Virus record (IMG/VR): IMGVR_UViG_3300012274_000094
Span: 1-64,000 of that record
DNA: 64,000 nt
Origin: an uncultured virus (IMG/VR IMGVR_UViG_3300012274_000094)
Lineage: Duplodnaviria; Heunggongvirae; Uroviricota; Caudoviricetes
Reading direction: 5' to 3' (one strand)
Shown: positions 37,965 through 47,900 of the stretch, in pieces
Position numbering within the stretch: the stretch's first letter is position 1
How the letters are laid out: each line of letters begins with the position of its first letter
The notes under the pieces: model-generated
The model's database searches: none
The model's input: only the letters and a program-made list of their open reading frames with translations
Told to the model about the DNA's origin: nothing
Translations under genes and position numbers: made by a program

Positions 37965-39095
37965 ATGTCAGCATTTAAGCCAGATGAATTACGCCGTGCT
38001 CAGATGCAATTAAATCAATCTTTGCAGAATGGTGGTGTACGCAGAGATCAACAGAGTCGCCAACGTGCAGATAGGGAACAGCGGGCATTTGCCGAAAAAG
38101 AAATTGAATATGATGATTGGGGACGAAAGATCCCTAAACCTAGGTTTTTGCGCCCACAAGATATTGCTCAAGGCGAAAAATACGATGTTGAAAGAGTTCT
38201 TTTTACAACGCTAGGTCAGCGAAATGGGGAAGTGCCACGGCGTATAACACGTGATGATATATTGGCATTTCAAGAAAACATTCAGCTATTAAAGGATCAG
38301 TATAGTAAAGGCATTACCCCTCAAAACATTATTAATTTAAGCCGACAAGATGATATTGATCGGGCAAATGAACAAATATTTCTGGCGACACCTGTGAGCA
38401 GAAAAGCTGGTTTAGTTCATTTACTCACTAATGCTGGACCTAAAAGTAAAGTCTCATTTCGCCATGTTGAAATTGAGTTCACAAACTTCAAATCAGTTGT
38501 TTTCGAAATCGATAAACAAGTCTTAAGCACTGTAAAAAACCGCTTATCAAAAGGGAAAATCAAATTTCAATGTGATTGCGAACGTCATACTTTCTGGTAT
38601 CGGTATATGGCAACTATTGGAGGATATAATTTAGGACGTGATGAGGGAGGATTTCCTAAAGAACGCAACCCCCATTTATCAGGGGTAGCCTGTAAGCATG
38701 TTCTTAGTGTTGTGAAATGGATAGGTTCACCATCTGGGATTGCATATCTTAAAAAGGAAGTAGAGAAAGACCGTCAGAAACAAGTCGGTGCTCGATATAA
38801 GCAAACCGAAAAGCAGATACAGAATTCGATTAACGAACAAGTAAAAGATGTGATGAATGGTTCTACGAAACCAATCAAAGCAAATATTCAAAAAGCTGAA
38901 AAGGAAATGATGCGTAGAGCAGATAAAGTTGCGAAAAAGCTCTTAGAACGCGAATTGAAAACCCTCAAACGTTTTGAATCAGAAACTGTTAGAGCCAGTC
39001 AAATTGAAAGAATTCAAGCATTACATAAATCAGGCGCTATTGACCAAGAGATGCTTAATGTTTTTATGAAGGGTTTAAGTCGAAATGCTAAATAG
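37965..39095 (+). CDS. SWIM-type Zn-finger late protein (P1 gp7-like)
   Basis: CDC..H.FWYRYMAT..FPK.RNP.L.GVACKH. Confidence 0.6.
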   Translation: MSAFKPDELRRAQMQLNQSLQNGGVRRDQQSRQRADREQRAFAEKEIEYDDWGRKIPKPRFLRPQDIAQGEKYDVERVLFTTLGQRNGEVPRRITRDDILAFQENIQLLKDQYSKGITPQNIINLSRQDDIDRANEQIFLATPVSRKAGLVHLLTNAGPKSKVSFRHVEIEFTNFKSVVFEIDKQVLSTVKNRLSKGKIKFQCDCERHTFWYRYMATIGGYNLGRDEGGFPKERNPHLSGVACKHVLSVVKWIGSPSGIAYLKKEVEKDRQKQVGARYKQTEKQIQNSINEQVKDVMNGSTKPIKANIQKAEKEMMRRADKVAKKLLERELKTLKRFESETVRASQIERIQALHKSGAIDQEMLNVFMKGLSRNAK

Positions 39096-39630
39096 ATCAG
39101 TAAATCAAGTTGCCAATGGACGCCGTTTAGCAGCTAGACGTGTTGTGATGAATGCTTTAGCAAGTATTCCGGCGCAAGTCTGGCGTAAAGAAGTGATTTT
39201 CAATAATCCAGCTGAAGATTCAAAACCTTTAGATCCACTTTCTTTTGAAGCAAACACTTTATCAATTCAAGACGAACCTAACTACAAGTATGAATATAAA
39301 GGGGCTGCATATGTTCATTTAGATAAATTTAATGGTGGTTATATTCAAAAGAACTTCTCTATGAATAACCCCTCTGATTTGGTGTTAACCGCTCAAGTAG
39401 AGCCGTTCAATGAAGAATTGGACGATGTTTTGGAAAGAATAATCAACATTCCAGACATGATTCTTAAAGAAGGTGATCTTTTAGGTTTAATGATTTATGA
39501 AAATCTAATGTTGTGGTTTGAGATTGTGAATATTACTGGTTTTAGCCTTATGGCTGATTTTGGTAGTAAGTATGTTTTAAACCGTAGAGATGATTTGTTT
39601 ATTTCACCTAGCGGTGATGGAGAGAGTTAA
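39085..39630 (+). CDS. Probable head-tail joining protein
   Basis: Late operon; C-terminal KYVLNRRDDL. Confidence 0.45.
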   Translation: MLNRSVNQVANGRRLAARRVVMNALASIPAQVWRKEVIFNNPAEDSKPLDPLSFEANTLSIQDEPNYKYEYKGAAYVHLDKFNGGYIQKNFSMNNPSDLVLTAQVEPFNEELDDVLERIINIPDMILKEGDLLGLMIYENLMLWFEIVNITGFSLMADFGSKYVLNRRDDLFISPSGDGES

Positions 39631-39932
39631 TGAGTTATTTAGTTTTTAATGTAAAAGGGAAAAAGACAGGGGATATTGATATAGCTGAGCAATGTACTTC
39701 TGCAATTTTCAATTACCAGGTGATCGGGAACGGGGCAGAAGTAGAATTTTTCGGAAGTAATGTTCCAAATGCAGATCCGCAAAATGATTCTCACTGGGTG
39801 CCTATTCTTACTTTAACAGCTGCTTCACCAGATACTGAACCATTTCGACAACATTGCTGGGATAAGCTCCGTTATAAAGTGAAAGCAGGTGATAGTGTAG
39901 AAATTTATGTTTCTAGTGGTGTAAGCGGATAA
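39630..39932 (+). CDS. Small beta-rich virion protein
   Basis: TAATG-coupled ORF. Confidence 0.55.
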   Translation: MSYLVFNVKGKKTGDIDIAEQCTSAIFNYQVIGNGAEVEFFGSNVPNADPQNDSHWVPILTLTAASPDTEPFRQHCWDKLRYKVKAGDSVEIYVSSGVSG

Positions 39933-40041
39933 ATTTAAATTTTTTGCAGTAAGTGGAAATGTAAAAGTAGTAAAAATCAACTATGGATCTACCTGTCTTA
40001 TTGATGTCATAAGAACAGGTAGTTTACTCAAAATAATAGAA

Positions 40042-40794
40042 TTATATAGGCCAATTAATTGAGCGGTTATTTTCGATAATATTCATATGTGACGGTGTCT
40101 CGCCAAGTGTTTGGAAGCTAGCATACAGTAAAGGCAAACGAGCTAAGCCTTCTCCTTTTTTCGCTAGAGCCAGAGCACGTAGCATTGTTGCAGCTTCCCA
40201 ATCACAGCAGTAAGAAGGTGTACATGGCTGTTGACGCCATGATTCAGAAATCGGTCCAGTAAATACAGGATCAAATCCAGTATCGTTTACTAATGACATA
40301 GCAGTCTTTACAGCTTCATGATTATCTCCAGCAACTGCGACTGCCAGACGACCTCGACTTCCTTGTGGCAGGCCAAGACTTGCAAGTGAGTATGCGAGAA
40401 TATTGTTAAAAGCTTTTACTACAGGATGTCCAATTTGATTCTGCACCCATTCGCTTTCCGTTTGACCTTCATCCAGTTCAGTAATATGAGGGTCACGTAG
40501 TTCAGGATAATAGTTGCTTGTATCGATTACAGGAACATGTGGAGGCAGGTTTTCGAACAATTGATTAGGCAGGTTACTGAGAGCGGGAAGTGGAATCGAA
40601 AGAATAATAGCATCAACGTCAGTAACCACACTACGTATGTCTGCAGGTTCTGCATTAATCTCATTTGCAAAACTACGGACAGCTTCAATGCCTCGTGAAT
40701 TAGCTACTTTTATAATGTGCCCAGCTTCACCCAACTTTCGAGCCAGCGTTCCACCAATATTACCTGTACCAATTACACCAATTTTCATATTCAA
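40042..40794 (-). CDS. NADPH-dependent F420 reductase-like oxidoreductase
   Basis: GTGNIG Rossmann, IDTSNYYP, VVKAFNN. Confidence 0.88.
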   Translation of the reverse strand: MNMKIGVIGTGNIGGTLARKLGEAGHIIKVANSRGIEAVRSFANEINAEPADIRSVVTDVDAIILSIPLPALSNLPNQLFENLPPHVPVIDTSNYYPELRDPHITELDEGQTESEWVQNQIGHPVVKAFNNILAYSLASLGLPQGSRGRLAVAVAGDNHEAVKTAMSLVNDTGFDPVFTGPISESWRQQPCTPSYCCDWEAATMLRALALAKKGEGLARLPLLYASFQTLGETPSHMNIIENNRSINWPI

Positions 40795-40888
40795 AACCTA
40801 TTTCATTGACTACCTGAAATACACTATATTTTTACTGCTTAAATAACAAGAACACACAAAATAGTGTGTTACTAACCTGGAGGTAGGT

Positions 40889-41257
40889 ATGGATAGAGAC
40901 TGGCAATGTGATGTACCCGAAAAAAGACTTATGTGGGCTCAAGCTACGACTGAAGCGCTGAAAATTATTGAAGGTAAGTGGAAGATAATAATTATATGTC
41001 AACTTTTCGCTGCTAAAGCTCCAATTCGGTTTTCCGAACTAGAGCGGCGGATAGAGGGAGTAAATCAGAAGATGTTGATACAGCAGCTTAAGCAACTTGA
41101 AAAGGACGCAATTGTTTCACGCACACTTTACCCTGAAGTTCCCCCTCGTGTTGAGTACGCACTTACTGATCTGGGAGAAGCACTAGGACCTTCAATGACA
41201 GCATTAATAGACTGGGCATTACTGCGCCGTGAAACCCTTGGCATTGATCCGTCTTAA
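40889..41257 (+). CDS. HxlR-family transcriptional regulator
   Basis: GKWKIII..RFSEL..KMLIQQLKQLE..PPRVEYALT. Confidence 0.9.
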   Translation: MDRDWQCDVPEKRLMWAQATTEALKIIEGKWKIIIICQLFAAKAPIRFSELERRIEGVNQKMLIQQLKQLEKDAIVSRTLYPEVPPRVEYALTDLGEALGPSMTALIDWALLRRETLGIDPS

Positions 41258-41315
41258 CAAGTTGGAAAGATATAGCAAAGTATTCTTAAGATCTTTTTGG
41301 GAATGTTTTTATGTT

Positions 41316-41376
41316 TGGAACCGATCAGAAATAGTAAAAATGGCCATGTCAGACTTTCTTCATCTTACATAGAAAG
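41316..41376 (+). promoter_or_regulatory. Late-type promoter of the capsid gene
   Basis: TGGAAC-N28-CAGACT(41350); short CTTTCT/AGAAAG stem. Confidence 0.6.
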
Positions 41377-41393
41377 CCAAAGGCTGGTTTAAA

Positions 41394-43172
41394 ATGACTG
41401 TGTTATCAGACGAAATTCGTAAAAAGTATGAGGCTCAACAAATTGCCACGACTCAGTGCCAAAACTACTATTTTAAAAGTACTGATGAGTTTGAAAATGG
41501 TTTTGACAGTGCGCAAACAGCGGTAGAAGAATACCCTGAAGTATTAAAAGCTATTTTTGATTCTATTGGCATTCAGCATGCTGCTGATGTTGATAAAGGT
41601 GTGATGTTCGGTGTTTCACAATATCAAGCACGTCACGGTGGTGATTTACCACACCCTTCAATCATTGCAGCTGCATTAACAGCTGGTTTAAATGGTGCAA
41701 AACAAGCAGCAGCTTTGCCTGCTGAGACCATTAGCTATTACGACAGTATTAATGAATCTGGTTTTGATGATGTAAATCACCAGCATCATGAATCTGTAAG
41801 TATCGTACCAGCGATTACAGTTGCTACTATCGCCAACGTTATCGCTTATGCAACACCTATCGTTGCAATGATTCCCAACTCGAATGGTTCAAATGAAGTT
41901 CCGCTAGTATCTATTCGTTTTGTCACCAATCGTGATTTTGGTGCAATGAAAAAATCAGAGTACCTAGATGGTGCAAATGCCTCTAAGCCTTATGTAGAGG
42001 GCCGTTTCCGTTTTGCCTTGTCAAATGGCGGTGCGGGTGCGACATATTCTGTAACAGCCCGAACTGGTTATGAAGACTTCAAAGCTAAAACGCCAGATGT
42101 AAATGCGAAATTACTGCCGTTTATTGCTGGTAATGTATCAATCAAAATCAACGGTAAAGAAGTTGCGCATACTCGAAACCGCAGTAAATCAAAATTTTCA
42201 GGCAAGATTTCTGCTATTGCTGAAAAAAACGTATTTGTAAACGGCCTAGAGTATCGTGTTGTTGGTAGTGAAATTGACCTTTCTGCTAGCAAAATTAGCG
42301 TGACCTTAAATGAAGCTTTACCAGCTGGTGCTAAAGTTGAAGTTCATCTCGTAGCTGATTTTGATGCGCGTGATGGTAACGGTAACTTCTTAATGACGCC
42401 TGTAGGTGTTGATTTTGAACCTGAATATGAAAATTTGGTGGCTTCACCAATTATGGCACAAGTTACCGCAGCAACTTTATTGCAGACTCAGTTGAATAAT
42501 GAACTCAAACTTGGCTTCTTAGGTCAAGCTTTGGCAATTATTCAGGGTAAAGTTTTCTTGGAACAAACGGTCCGTCTTTTAGGTGAAGCAAAAGATTTGG
42601 CTGAATACTCAGGCCATGAAATTACTTTTGATGCTTCTCGTGGCGTGACTGGTAAATTGGCAGCTGCCTTTAATACGACTGGCGATCTGTTTGGCGAAGT
42701 AATGAAGTTTATTTCTGCTGCAAAAATGGATATTAATCAGCGTACTGGTGGCTCTACTGTAGCTTACGATTTGTATGTTGGGGATAGTGGTGCAGTATTC
42801 TTTAACCAATTATCTAGCGATAAGATGCCAACAAAAACTGGGTACTCTGCTGGATATGGTCAAATTGTTCGTATTGGTACACTTGCAGATGGTACCAACG
42901 TTTATCATGCGCCATCAGCTCAAGAGCTTGTAGCTGAAGCTGATACAGCATTTGATATGCTTTTAGTAGGCCGTGGTAATGAGCCAATTCGAGCGCCGTT
43001 TGTTGGGTTTATTCAAACGCCACTCTCAGTTATTGAAACACGCCCAGATGCACGTGAATCAGTACTTACTTTAATTGGCTCTCAAGCTGCAGAAATGAAC
43101 CCATTGGATCGATACGCTGACCAAAGCTATGTCATTCACTGTATCAATATGCCATCTCTTAAAAAATCGTAA
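41394..43172 (+). CDS. Major capsid protein (P1 gp23-like)
   Basis: Size, strong codon bias, own promoter and terminator, RIGTLADGTNVYHAP. Confidence 0.8.
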   Translation: MTVLSDEIRKKYEAQQIATTQCQNYYFKSTDEFENGFDSAQTAVEEYPEVLKAIFDSIGIQHAADVDKGVMFGVSQYQARHGGDLPHPSIIAAALTAGLNGAKQAAALPAETISYYDSINESGFDDVNHQHHESVSIVPAITVATIANVIAYATPIVAMIPNSNGSNEVPLVSIRFVTNRDFGAMKKSEYLDGANASKPYVEGRFRFALSNGGAGATYSVTARTGYEDFKAKTPDVNAKLLPFIAGNVSIKINGKEVAHTRNRSKSKFSGKISAIAEKNVFVNGLEYRVVGSEIDLSASKISVTLNEALPAGAKVEVHLVADFDARDGNGNFLMTPVGVDFEPEYENLVASPIMAQVTAATLLQTQLNNELKLGFLGQALAIIQGKVFLEQTVRLLGEAKDLAEYSGHEITFDASRGVTGKLAAAFNTTGDLFGEVMKFISAAKMDINQRTGGSTVAYDLYVGDSGAVFFNQLSSDKMPTKTGYSAGYGQIVRIGTLADGTNVYHAPSAQELVAEADTAFDMLLVGRGNEPIRAPFVGFIQTPLSVIETRPDARESVLTLIGSQAAEMNPLDRYADQSYVIHCINMPSLKKS

Positions 43173-43184
43173 GTAATACAGAGT

Positions 43185-43208
43185 AAGGCGCATTTCGATG
43201 CGCCTTTT
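43185..43208 (+). terminator. Terminator with UUCG loop
   Basis: AAGGCGCAT-TTCG-ATGCGCCTTTT. Confidence 0.7.
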
Positions 43209-43234
43209 CCCTTATTTATTGAAAGGATAATCTC

Positions 43235-43861
43235 ATGGCTGCAGCAACTCAAAACACTGATGAAACTTTAGCTTCAACTGAAGACCAAACTACTATCAAA
43301 CAAAAATCAACCCGTAGTAAAACTAATAAAACTACTGAAGCACAAAATACCCAAACTGGTGATGAAAAAGCTTCAGACCAAGGCGATTTGTTAAATAGCC
43401 AAGGTCTTGAAAACGGTGCATCTCAAGATGAAGGTAATAAACCTACTGATTTGAAAAATGGCGATTCAGATAATGAAGAGTCCAATACTCAAGAAAAAGG
43501 AAATCCAACTGAAACATCGAATGATTCTGTCAATCCTTCAAATGATCTAGATTCAAAGGGTGGTAAGTCTGGTGATGATGTGGGGAAGGAAACGATTCAT
43601 GCCCTTAAAGAAACTGATACTTCTAAAGTTAATACTCCCATTACCGATTTGTTAACAGTATCAGGTGGAAGTAGCGTGGATCCGCTAGTTATTAAAGTAA
43701 TAAATAACGGATTTTCAACAGTTTTAGAACCGTTATCACGTGTTGCTATTGAGGCAGGTAAAACAGCAAGTATTACGTGTCATAACCAAACATTTAAACA
43801 TCAAGTACTGGAAAACTTACGTCAGTTGAAGGGGCTTGGTAAGAATCTAACTGTTGAGTAA
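43235..43861 (+). CDS. Acidic low-complexity virion protein
   Basis: Disordered D/E/T/N-rich N-terminus; C-terminal domain resembles next gene. Confidence 0.6.
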   Translation: MAAATQNTDETLASTEDQTTIKQKSTRSKTNKTTEAQNTQTGDEKASDQGDLLNSQGLENGASQDEGNKPTDLKNGDSDNEESNTQEKGNPTETSNDSVNPSNDLDSKGGKSGDDVGKETIHALKETDTSKVNTPITDLLTVSGGSSVDPLVIKVINNGFSTVLEPLSRVAIEAGKTASITCHNQTFKHQVLENLRQLKGLGKNLTVE

Positions 43862-43865
43862 CAAG

Positions 43866-44153
43866 ATGACTATCTTCATTATTGATGGCACGAATCCAAT
43901 TATGGATGCAGTAGGTGATCAACCAACTGAACGAAGTATTACACTTCAAAATAACGGTTTAAGTGACATTACCGAACCATTTACACAAGTTTTGGTACAG
44001 GCTGGTCAAAAGGTCACATTCACTTTGATCGGTGACGAAGCTCATAAACAATTGCTAGATAACCTAGATCAAATTAATAGCTTGAAAGGTAATGTACTTC
44101 AAGTTGTACCTTCTGAGCCGCAAGAACCCACTGAACCAGATGGAACGGTATAA
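43866..44153 (+). CDS. Small virion protein (paralogous to C-terminus of upstream gene)
   Basis: NNG..EP..V.AG..T..Q.L.NL.Q. Confidence 0.6.
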   Translation: MTIFIIDGTNPIMDAVGDQPTERSITLQNNGLSDITEPFTQVLVQAGQKVTFTLIGDEAHKQLLDNLDQINSLKGNVLQVVPSEPQEPTEPDGTV

Positions 44154-44168
44154 GAATTTGATTATTTT

Positions 44169-44194
44169 AAAAACCACTTCCGAGTGGTTTTTTT
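44169..44194 (+). terminator. Intrinsic terminator
   Basis: AAAACCACT/AGTGGTTTT + T-tract. Confidence 0.7.
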
Positions 44195-44198
44195 ACAT

Positions 44199-44262
44199 TG
44201 GAACTAGCCAGAAAATTAAATAAGCCCACAGCTCAAAATACTTAAAACAAATAGCCTTGGGC
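44199..44262 (+). promoter_or_regulatory. Late-type promoter
   Basis: TGGAAC-N29-CAAAAT(44234); imperfect GCCCA/TGGGC stem. Confidence 0.7.
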
Positions 44263-44272
44263 GTGTAATGTA

Positions 44273-45568
44273 ATGAATATACTTGCTCTATCAAGTACAG
44301 GTGAGCTATCCCTTGTAGCAGGGGCCAGCCCATCACTCAAATTGGAATTTGATACTCACAGTTATCTTGCAAATGCAGAAATCAATGTGGCCTTTTTTAC
44401 GAAAGTAACTAGCCCACGCGGACCTGCAGATATTTCTATGCGCTTGGAAATACGTGATGCGGTAACTGGTGATCAAATTGTTACTGTACAAGGATTAGTA
44501 GATGGTGACATTGAAAATTCTGCTTCAATTGTTGCAGTAGCTGATGCTAAAGAATACTTCGAGAAATTTGATTTATCACTGGGCATTGATGCGCTACAAG
44601 CAATTCTCAAATCAACTGCATATAACGAATCTAATAGTTTAGGTCGAGCTTCAAAAACATTGGCCTTAGAAGATGAAGCATTACCTTCATTTAATCCAGA
44701 TGAACTATATAAAATCCTGACAAGTCAGTTAACTACACCAGCATATCTGACTTTGCCTAATCCACATGATTTACCAATTTATGTTGCGGCACAACGTGCA
44801 GCTACAAAATTACGTATTCCTTTAGATGCTGAAATCAACCCAACCTTTACTGCTGAACAGGCAGCCCAATTTGCTACAAGCGTAGATGCTCAATCACAGT
44901 TTGTTCAATTCATTTGGAGTCCGAACCTTTGCCGCCCTTCAGATGCTGTCACCTTTAGAGGGCGTAAGGTACCAGCTTACTATTTGGGCCATTACATCGG
45001 CGATAAATTATTACGTAATGCGAAATTGAATAAACAAGGTTTTGCGCCGTTAAAAAATGCTGTGGCGTGGAAAGATTATCCATTTACAGCAAAAAACTTA
45101 AGCCAGATGTCAGGTAATGATCTTGAAGATGAGCAAATTCAGGAAATGTTGGCTAAGGCTAAAGTAAATGTCGTTCGCCCAGTTAAGTTCGAAACTACAT
45201 TATTTGTATTAAGTGATGTGTTAACCCAATACCAAAGTAAAAATAGTGCTTTGCGCTTAGTTCCTGCAGCCGAAATAGCGGCACGGGTTACAAATAAATG
45301 TATCGAAATTCTTAGAACTTATATGTTCCAAGCAACACCTGACTACATCAAAAAAGCTGGTGACGATATCCAAGAATTTTTAGAAGGAGCATCTAGCGAA
45401 ACAACTGGTTGGTTACAACCTGCTGAAGAGCTGGGGGGAAAACCTTTTGAGTTCAGTTTAGTACCTGATAATGACTTTCCTTATGAGCGGGTACGCCTCT
45501 ATTTAGCCCATGGTGTTGTTGGTACAACGCGTGCCGCAATTTTTGATGAAGACGTTTTAGTTAAATAA
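44273..45568 (+). CDS. Tail sheath protein (P1 gp22-like, apparently lacking N-terminal domain)
   Basis: LAKAKVNVV, SALRL, GTTRA C-terminal sheath features. Confidence 0.7.
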   Translation: MNILALSSTGELSLVAGASPSLKLEFDTHSYLANAEINVAFFTKVTSPRGPADISMRLEIRDAVTGDQIVTVQGLVDGDIENSASIVAVADAKEYFEKFDLSLGIDALQAILKSTAYNESNSLGRASKTLALEDEALPSFNPDELYKILTSQLTTPAYLTLPNPHDLPIYVAAQRAATKLRIPLDAEINPTFTAEQAAQFATSVDAQSQFVQFIWSPNLCRPSDAVTFRGRKVPAYYLGHYIGDKLLRNAKLNKQGFAPLKNAVAWKDYPFTAKNLSQMSGNDLEDEQIQEMLAKAKVNVVRPVKFETTLFVLSDVLTQYQSKNSALRLVPAAEIAARVTNKCIEILRTYMFQATPDYIKKAGDDIQEFLEGASSETTGWLQPAEELGGKPFEFSLVPDNDFPYERVRLYLAHGVVGTTRAAIFDEDVLVK

Positions 45569-45586
45569 TTTTAAGGATCTTTCAAG

Positions 45587-46354
45587 ATGAATCCATTTTG
45601 CCCAACCACAAATAAACCTTTAGCTTTACGTGCATTCGATTCAGCAGCTGAGAATATTTCAGTAGTCGTAAGTAAAGTATCAAGTACTGACCGTGAACAA
45701 CAGTCAGTGATTGAGCAAATTCGACAGATTGCTTTAGATATCCTTGCAGATACTGTAGATACAATCAGCGAAGCCAATCTAGAAGAAGGTGAGCTCGCCG
45801 TTGATTATTTGGATGCGTTAATTGTTGATGCGTTAGATAGTGCAGATGATGATGAAGGCACCTATGAAAACGCTCTCATGGCGTCACTTTCAGATGCTTT
45901 CTTAACATTTGGTGTTGATGCTACAGATATTGAAGAAATCTTTAGCGAAGATACAGAAGTTGCTGATGCTGCATTAGAAGCAGCAGCAAATACTGTTCTC
46001 GCTAATACGCCTGATGAAGGTCCAGAACTCGAAGAACTGGTACGAGAATTTATTTTCGGTGAGGCAGATGAAACTGAAGAAGGTTTCGACTCAATGGCTA
46101 AAAAAATTAAAGCTCGAAATGGAGCGTTTAGCCAGCGTAAAGTGAATGGTCGAAAAGTTCATTACCGTGGAGTTCTTGCGATTCGACAAGGGGTTAAAAC
46201 TGTAGTGAATAAACGATTACCTGGTCAAAAGGTGCGTTTAACGTCAGCTCAAAAAGCTGGTATGAAAAAAGCTCGTCTTCATGCTTTCACTGCGAATGCT
46301 ATTCGCAAGCGTTTGCGTTCATTCAATAAAGGTAAACGTTTAGGTATTTACTAA
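45587..46354 (+). CDS. P1 gp21-like acidic/basic virion protein
   Basis: Acidic N-terminus; RLTSAQKAGMKKARLHA..RS basic tail. Confidence 0.6.
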   Translation: MNPFCPTTNKPLALRAFDSAAENISVVVSKVSSTDREQQSVIEQIRQIALDILADTVDTISEANLEEGELAVDYLDALIVDALDSADDDEGTYENALMASLSDAFLTFGVDATDIEEIFSEDTEVADAALEAAANTVLANTPDEGPELEELVREFIFGEADETEEGFDSMAKKIKARNGAFSQRKVNGRKVHYRGVLAIRQGVKTVVNKRLPGQKVRLTSAQKAGMKKARLHAFTANAIRKRLRSFNKGKRLGIY

Positions 46355-46416
46355 TTGCTATTAGGTAAAGTCATTTTATGGCTTTACCTATCATCCATTC
46401 AATTAAGGAAATAAGC

Positions 46417-46695
46417 ATGAATACAACTCAAATCTTAGGTGAAGCGCCAGGTATTCAATATCAGAAAAAAACTGATAAAACTGAAACAAAAACAAATCAA
46501 TCATTAACTGACACGATTATCATTGGCCGTTTTATGCGTGGGCGTTTTGATGCACCTATGACGATCCATAAAGGAAATATTCGCGGTGAACTCGGTTATG
46601 AACCAAATAACCCTGATTATCGTTGTGTCCAAGATACCCTTGAACGTGGTGTGCCTTCAGTACAAGTTCTGCGGGTACCGCCGAATATTGGATAA
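46417..46695 (+). CDS. Stand-alone tail-sheath N-terminal domain
   Basis: LGEAPGI..IIGRFMRGRFDAP..LG..VQVLRV. Confidence 0.6.
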   Translation: MNTTQILGEAPGIQYQKKTDKTETKTNQSLTDTIIIGRFMRGRFDAPMTIHKGNIRGELGYEPNNPDYRCVQDTLERGVPSVQVLRVPPNIG

Positions 46696-46707
46696 AAAGA
46701 AATAAAC

Positions 46708-46733
46708 AAAGCTACCTTTAAGGTGGCTTTTTT
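46708..46733 (+). terminator. Intrinsic terminator
   Basis: AAAGCTACC/GGTGGCTTT + T-tract. Confidence 0.7.
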
Positions 46734-46735
46734 AA

Positions 46736-46807
46736 TGGAACCAAACAACTTTGAAAGGGTTTTAACCTTTTACTCTTGATGCATATAAAAGCTATAGAGC
46801 ATCAAGA
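46736..46807 (+). promoter_or_regulatory. Late-type promoter + hairpin
   Basis: TGGAAC-N29-TACTCT(46771); TCTTGATGC/GCATCAAGA. Confidence 0.7.
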
Positions 46808-46809
46808 TC

Positions 46810-47457
46810 ATGCAACAATCTAACCCGATTTTACTTAACCAGCTTAAACAAGATTATATTGCCTTACAGCAACTTGGGTCCCCCTTATTAGCGTGTCAAG
46901 GAATGTTTGTACCTCGTGGCATGGAAGACCTTCGCTTTTTATTTAAAAGTTGCCCACGGCCGATTGTGAGTAATGAAGATCCAGCAGAAGTTCAATATGC
47001 GGGTGGTTTTACTGGAATTGTTGCTGGTCCACCGAAAACCCATTACACAGGCAACCTTCAAATCCTAGTAACTGAAGCTGGTCATGATCAACTATTAGCT
47101 GAATATGTCGTAGCTAGTGGTGGAATCATCCATGGTGATTACTACGATGGCCGATTAGGAAGTTTTACCCGCTCATATGCACTTGAAAACTGTGCTATTC
47201 GTTTTGAATCAGCTGAATACGATTCTGATAGCCGATCACAAGTAATGACAGTTTCTTGCCCAATTGATTACAACTACTTTGGTAGTTTCGCAAACATTGG
47301 TACCAACGGTAGTATTCAGCCGGGTAAAAAAGAAATTGATGGTACAGCTGAGCTTGTTAATCGAGTTCAGCAAGTGATCAATACTGCTCAACAAGCAACT
47401 AATCTTGCAAATGCTGTGCAAGGCGTTGGTCGTCAACTGGGCAATCTATTTGGGTAA
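46810..47457 (+). CDS. Tail tube/baseplate protein
   Basis: Beta-rich, tube-like size; follows sheath. Confidence 0.55.
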   Translation: MQQSNPILLNQLKQDYIALQQLGSPLLACQGMFVPRGMEDLRFLFKSCPRPIVSNEDPAEVQYAGGFTGIVAGPPKTHYTGNLQILVTEAGHDQLLAEYVVASGGIIHGDYYDGRLGSFTRSYALENCAIRFESAEYDSDSRSQVMTVSCPIDYNYFGSFANIGTNGSIQPGKKEIDGTAELVNRVQQVINTAQQATNLANAVQGVGRQLGNLFG

Positions 47458-47900
47458 TGGCTATGAAGTTATTACCTGAATCAGAAGGGTATGCTGTAGT
47501 TGCTGGTTCTATCCAGCAACTTTCGGAAGAACTCTATAAAGAATATCAATTAACTGGTTACTCAATTTTGCTTGAGGATATCGTTAAGGCATTTATTGAA
47601 GAGACAAAATCTTATGCGGGTTGGGCGACATTAGATTGTCAAACTAAGGCAATTACCAGTATTGAACTGAATGAATCCATAGAACTTAATGGGGATGAGT
47701 ATGTAATCATTTTGCCTTTAGTAAAAGCGCATTGTGATCTTTTGCAAGCTCGATTAGTTGAAGCTACCCGTGGGCTAGGTGTCGAAAGTTACGGGCTTTC
47801 AGTCTCAGAAGCTCAGCAAAACTATAATGAGAAGAAAGAAGCTTTACCAAAACTTGCATTTTTAATGGTCCCTAAGAGTTTTAATATGGGGAACCGTTAA
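47457..47900 (+). CDS. Morphogenetic protein
   Basis: Coupled late ORF. Confidence 0.55.
   Translation: MAMKLLPESEGYAVVAGSIQQLSEELYKEYQLTGYSILLEDIVKAFIEETKSYAGWATLDCQTKAITSIELNESIELNGDEYVIILPLVKAHCDLLQARLVEATRGLGVESYGLSVSEAQQNYNEKKEALPKLAFLMVPKSFNMGNR

Noticed and set aside
44141..44181. TGGAAC at the end of ORF 43866
   Set aside because: Within coding sequence, no -10 at spacing 29
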